32,000 bases of DNA from Paramicrosporidium saccamoebae KSL3 (Eukaryota; Fungi; Cryptomycota), in assembly GCA_002794465.1 (NCBI GenBank), contig MTSL01000065.1, positions 148,915 through 180,914 on the forward strand. Direction: 5' to 3'. The position numbers and the translations under genes are program-made. This document shows positions 30,578 through 32,000 of the stretch, piece after piece. How positions within the stretch are numbered: position 1 is the stretch's first letter; every line of letters begins with the position of its first letter. A model generated the notes under the pieces. That model was not told the DNA's origin and did not search any database. It saw nothing but the letters and a program-made list of their open reading frames with translations.

Positions 30578-31803
30578 TTACGACTGAGCGGCGCTTTCCT
30601 TGGGCGGAGGTGGCGGGGGAGGGCCCTTTGCAAAGAGGTCCCACAATGCCATTTTATGCTCGGCATAATACTCCTTTTCCTTTTGCATCTCCGCCTGCAG
30701 CTGCTGCTGCATAAGCTCCTTGATGCGTCCAAACTCTTTGCGACGCAGTTCAGTGCGTTCTAGCTTTCTTGCACGATACGATGCATCGTTGTTGTTTGAG
30801 CGGTCTGATCGTGTCTTGCCGACGGACAGCCAGCCGCTAATCCGGCTCTGGAGGCTGTTCTTCTGCGCCTCTTTACTAGCGTTGAAAACATCCTCTTGTG
30901 CTCGCTCAAAGGCTTCCGGGAAGGTCTTTCCCTGATACTGGCTAGTGACACGACGGACGTCTTGGAGTCGCGAGAATGCTACCATTTCTAGGAAATCAAT
31001 GCTGTCCTCCAGAACGGTGTCGGTAGAGTCGCCTGACCATGGTGCCGTTTTGATAAAGTTTTCAGGATGGGGTGAGAATCCGGCCTCGTCGTGTCCCAAC
31101 ACGATAACTTTGGATAAATCTCGATTTAGGTGCGAAATGTCCTTGAGATACATTCCCTTTTTGTGCTTTGTGGCAAATCTGTACAGACTATAATTGATGC
31201 AGCCGTAAGGATCCAGCTTCTTTACGATGACATCGCCTTCCTGCTGTGGGAGTGCGGAAAAGACAACAACTTCGTACAGCTGCGCCGCATAGAACAAGAA
31301 CAGTTCGGCTCCGGGACGCTTTGCAATGCGCCACCTTCCTTGTTCTCTCTAAATTGTGAGCATTGGGTCTGTAGAGTACATCCCAGATATGAGACACAAG
31401 GAATTTGTCCAAATCCACGACCAGAGTATACGGGCGCGGATTCTGTGGATCTACCACCGGGTCGGGAAGCAGTTTTTCAAATGCAGGCTCCTCGAAACTT
31501 GTGAAAAAGCCTGCAAGCCTGCACCAAGAACGCCCAAAAAAACCAAGTTGGGAATGCTCCATCTAGGATCAATGGAGACGCGTAAAGAGATACTTTTCCA
31601 TCATCGCGACCAAGAAGATACAGGCCACCGCCAAGAAGAGAGCCGACCCCAAAGTAAAATGGCCAGACTCGCGGCTTTGGTATCTTTGCAGCAGACTCGG
31701 TGGCTAGGGACTAATTGAATCAGTTGATGATGCATTTAGGCAATACTCGAGTAACGACGCCATTTGAGAGCCAGGAACGGAGCGGGAATGCTCGTCTGAG
31801 CAT
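30578..31803 (-). CDS. TIM50: TIM23 translocase receptor Tim50; 3 short introns
   Basis: Presequence and TM, FEEPAFEKLLPDP, PYTLVVDLD, WRIAKRPGA, LKDISHLNRDLSKVI. Confidence 0.93.
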
Positions 31804-31957
31804 CCTGAACGAAAAACTTTTTAGATTTTCGCTTTTTCAAATTGGCTATGAACATGGTGCCTACTCTATATAATGACAGACATTACACCATTATAAAATT
31901 ATCACCGCATACACTCAATAGTAAAATATTACCTGGTGCTGCAAAATTAAAAAGAAG

Positions 31958-32000
31958 CGCCCAGCGTGGGGCTCGAACCCACGACATTGAGATTAAGAGT
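31958..32000 (-). tRNA. tRNA-Lys(CTT), 3' half only (truncated by window end)
   Basis: Minus strand ACTCTTAATCTCAATGTCGTGGGTTCGAGCCCCACGCTGGGCG, followed by a T-run. Confidence 0.9.

Overview
Extremely gene-dense eukaryotic nuclear DNA with a fungal-like gene set and no prokaryotic, CRISPR or transposon features. The compaction and roughly 30-nt introns suggest an early-diverging fungal-line organism such as a Rozellomycota/basal-microsporidia relative; this is inference only. I reconstructed 23 protein-coding genes by hand, most split by 28-38 nt introns, which is why the ORF track fragments or misses several (RPL43, DPM3, N-termini of RPS23, RPN10, PPE1 and RPC31). There are also two tRNAs and a probable intronic C/D snoRNA. 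MTG1, bL27m, TIM50, VDAC and an NAD+ carrier indicate a conventional translating mitochondrion. Best leads: (1) a 35-nt AT-AC intron without the U12 consensus at the conserved DAR|VPLSS junction of MTG1; (2) a C/D snoRNA in the only long intron (RPS23); (3) a glucosidase I with substitutions in catalytic and substrate-binding motifs; (4) head-to-head gene pairs with only 16 and 23 bp between start codons; (5) two motifs shared by both cytosolic ribosomal protein genes; (6) stop codons fused into AATAAA. All exon structures are manual inferences without transcript data.
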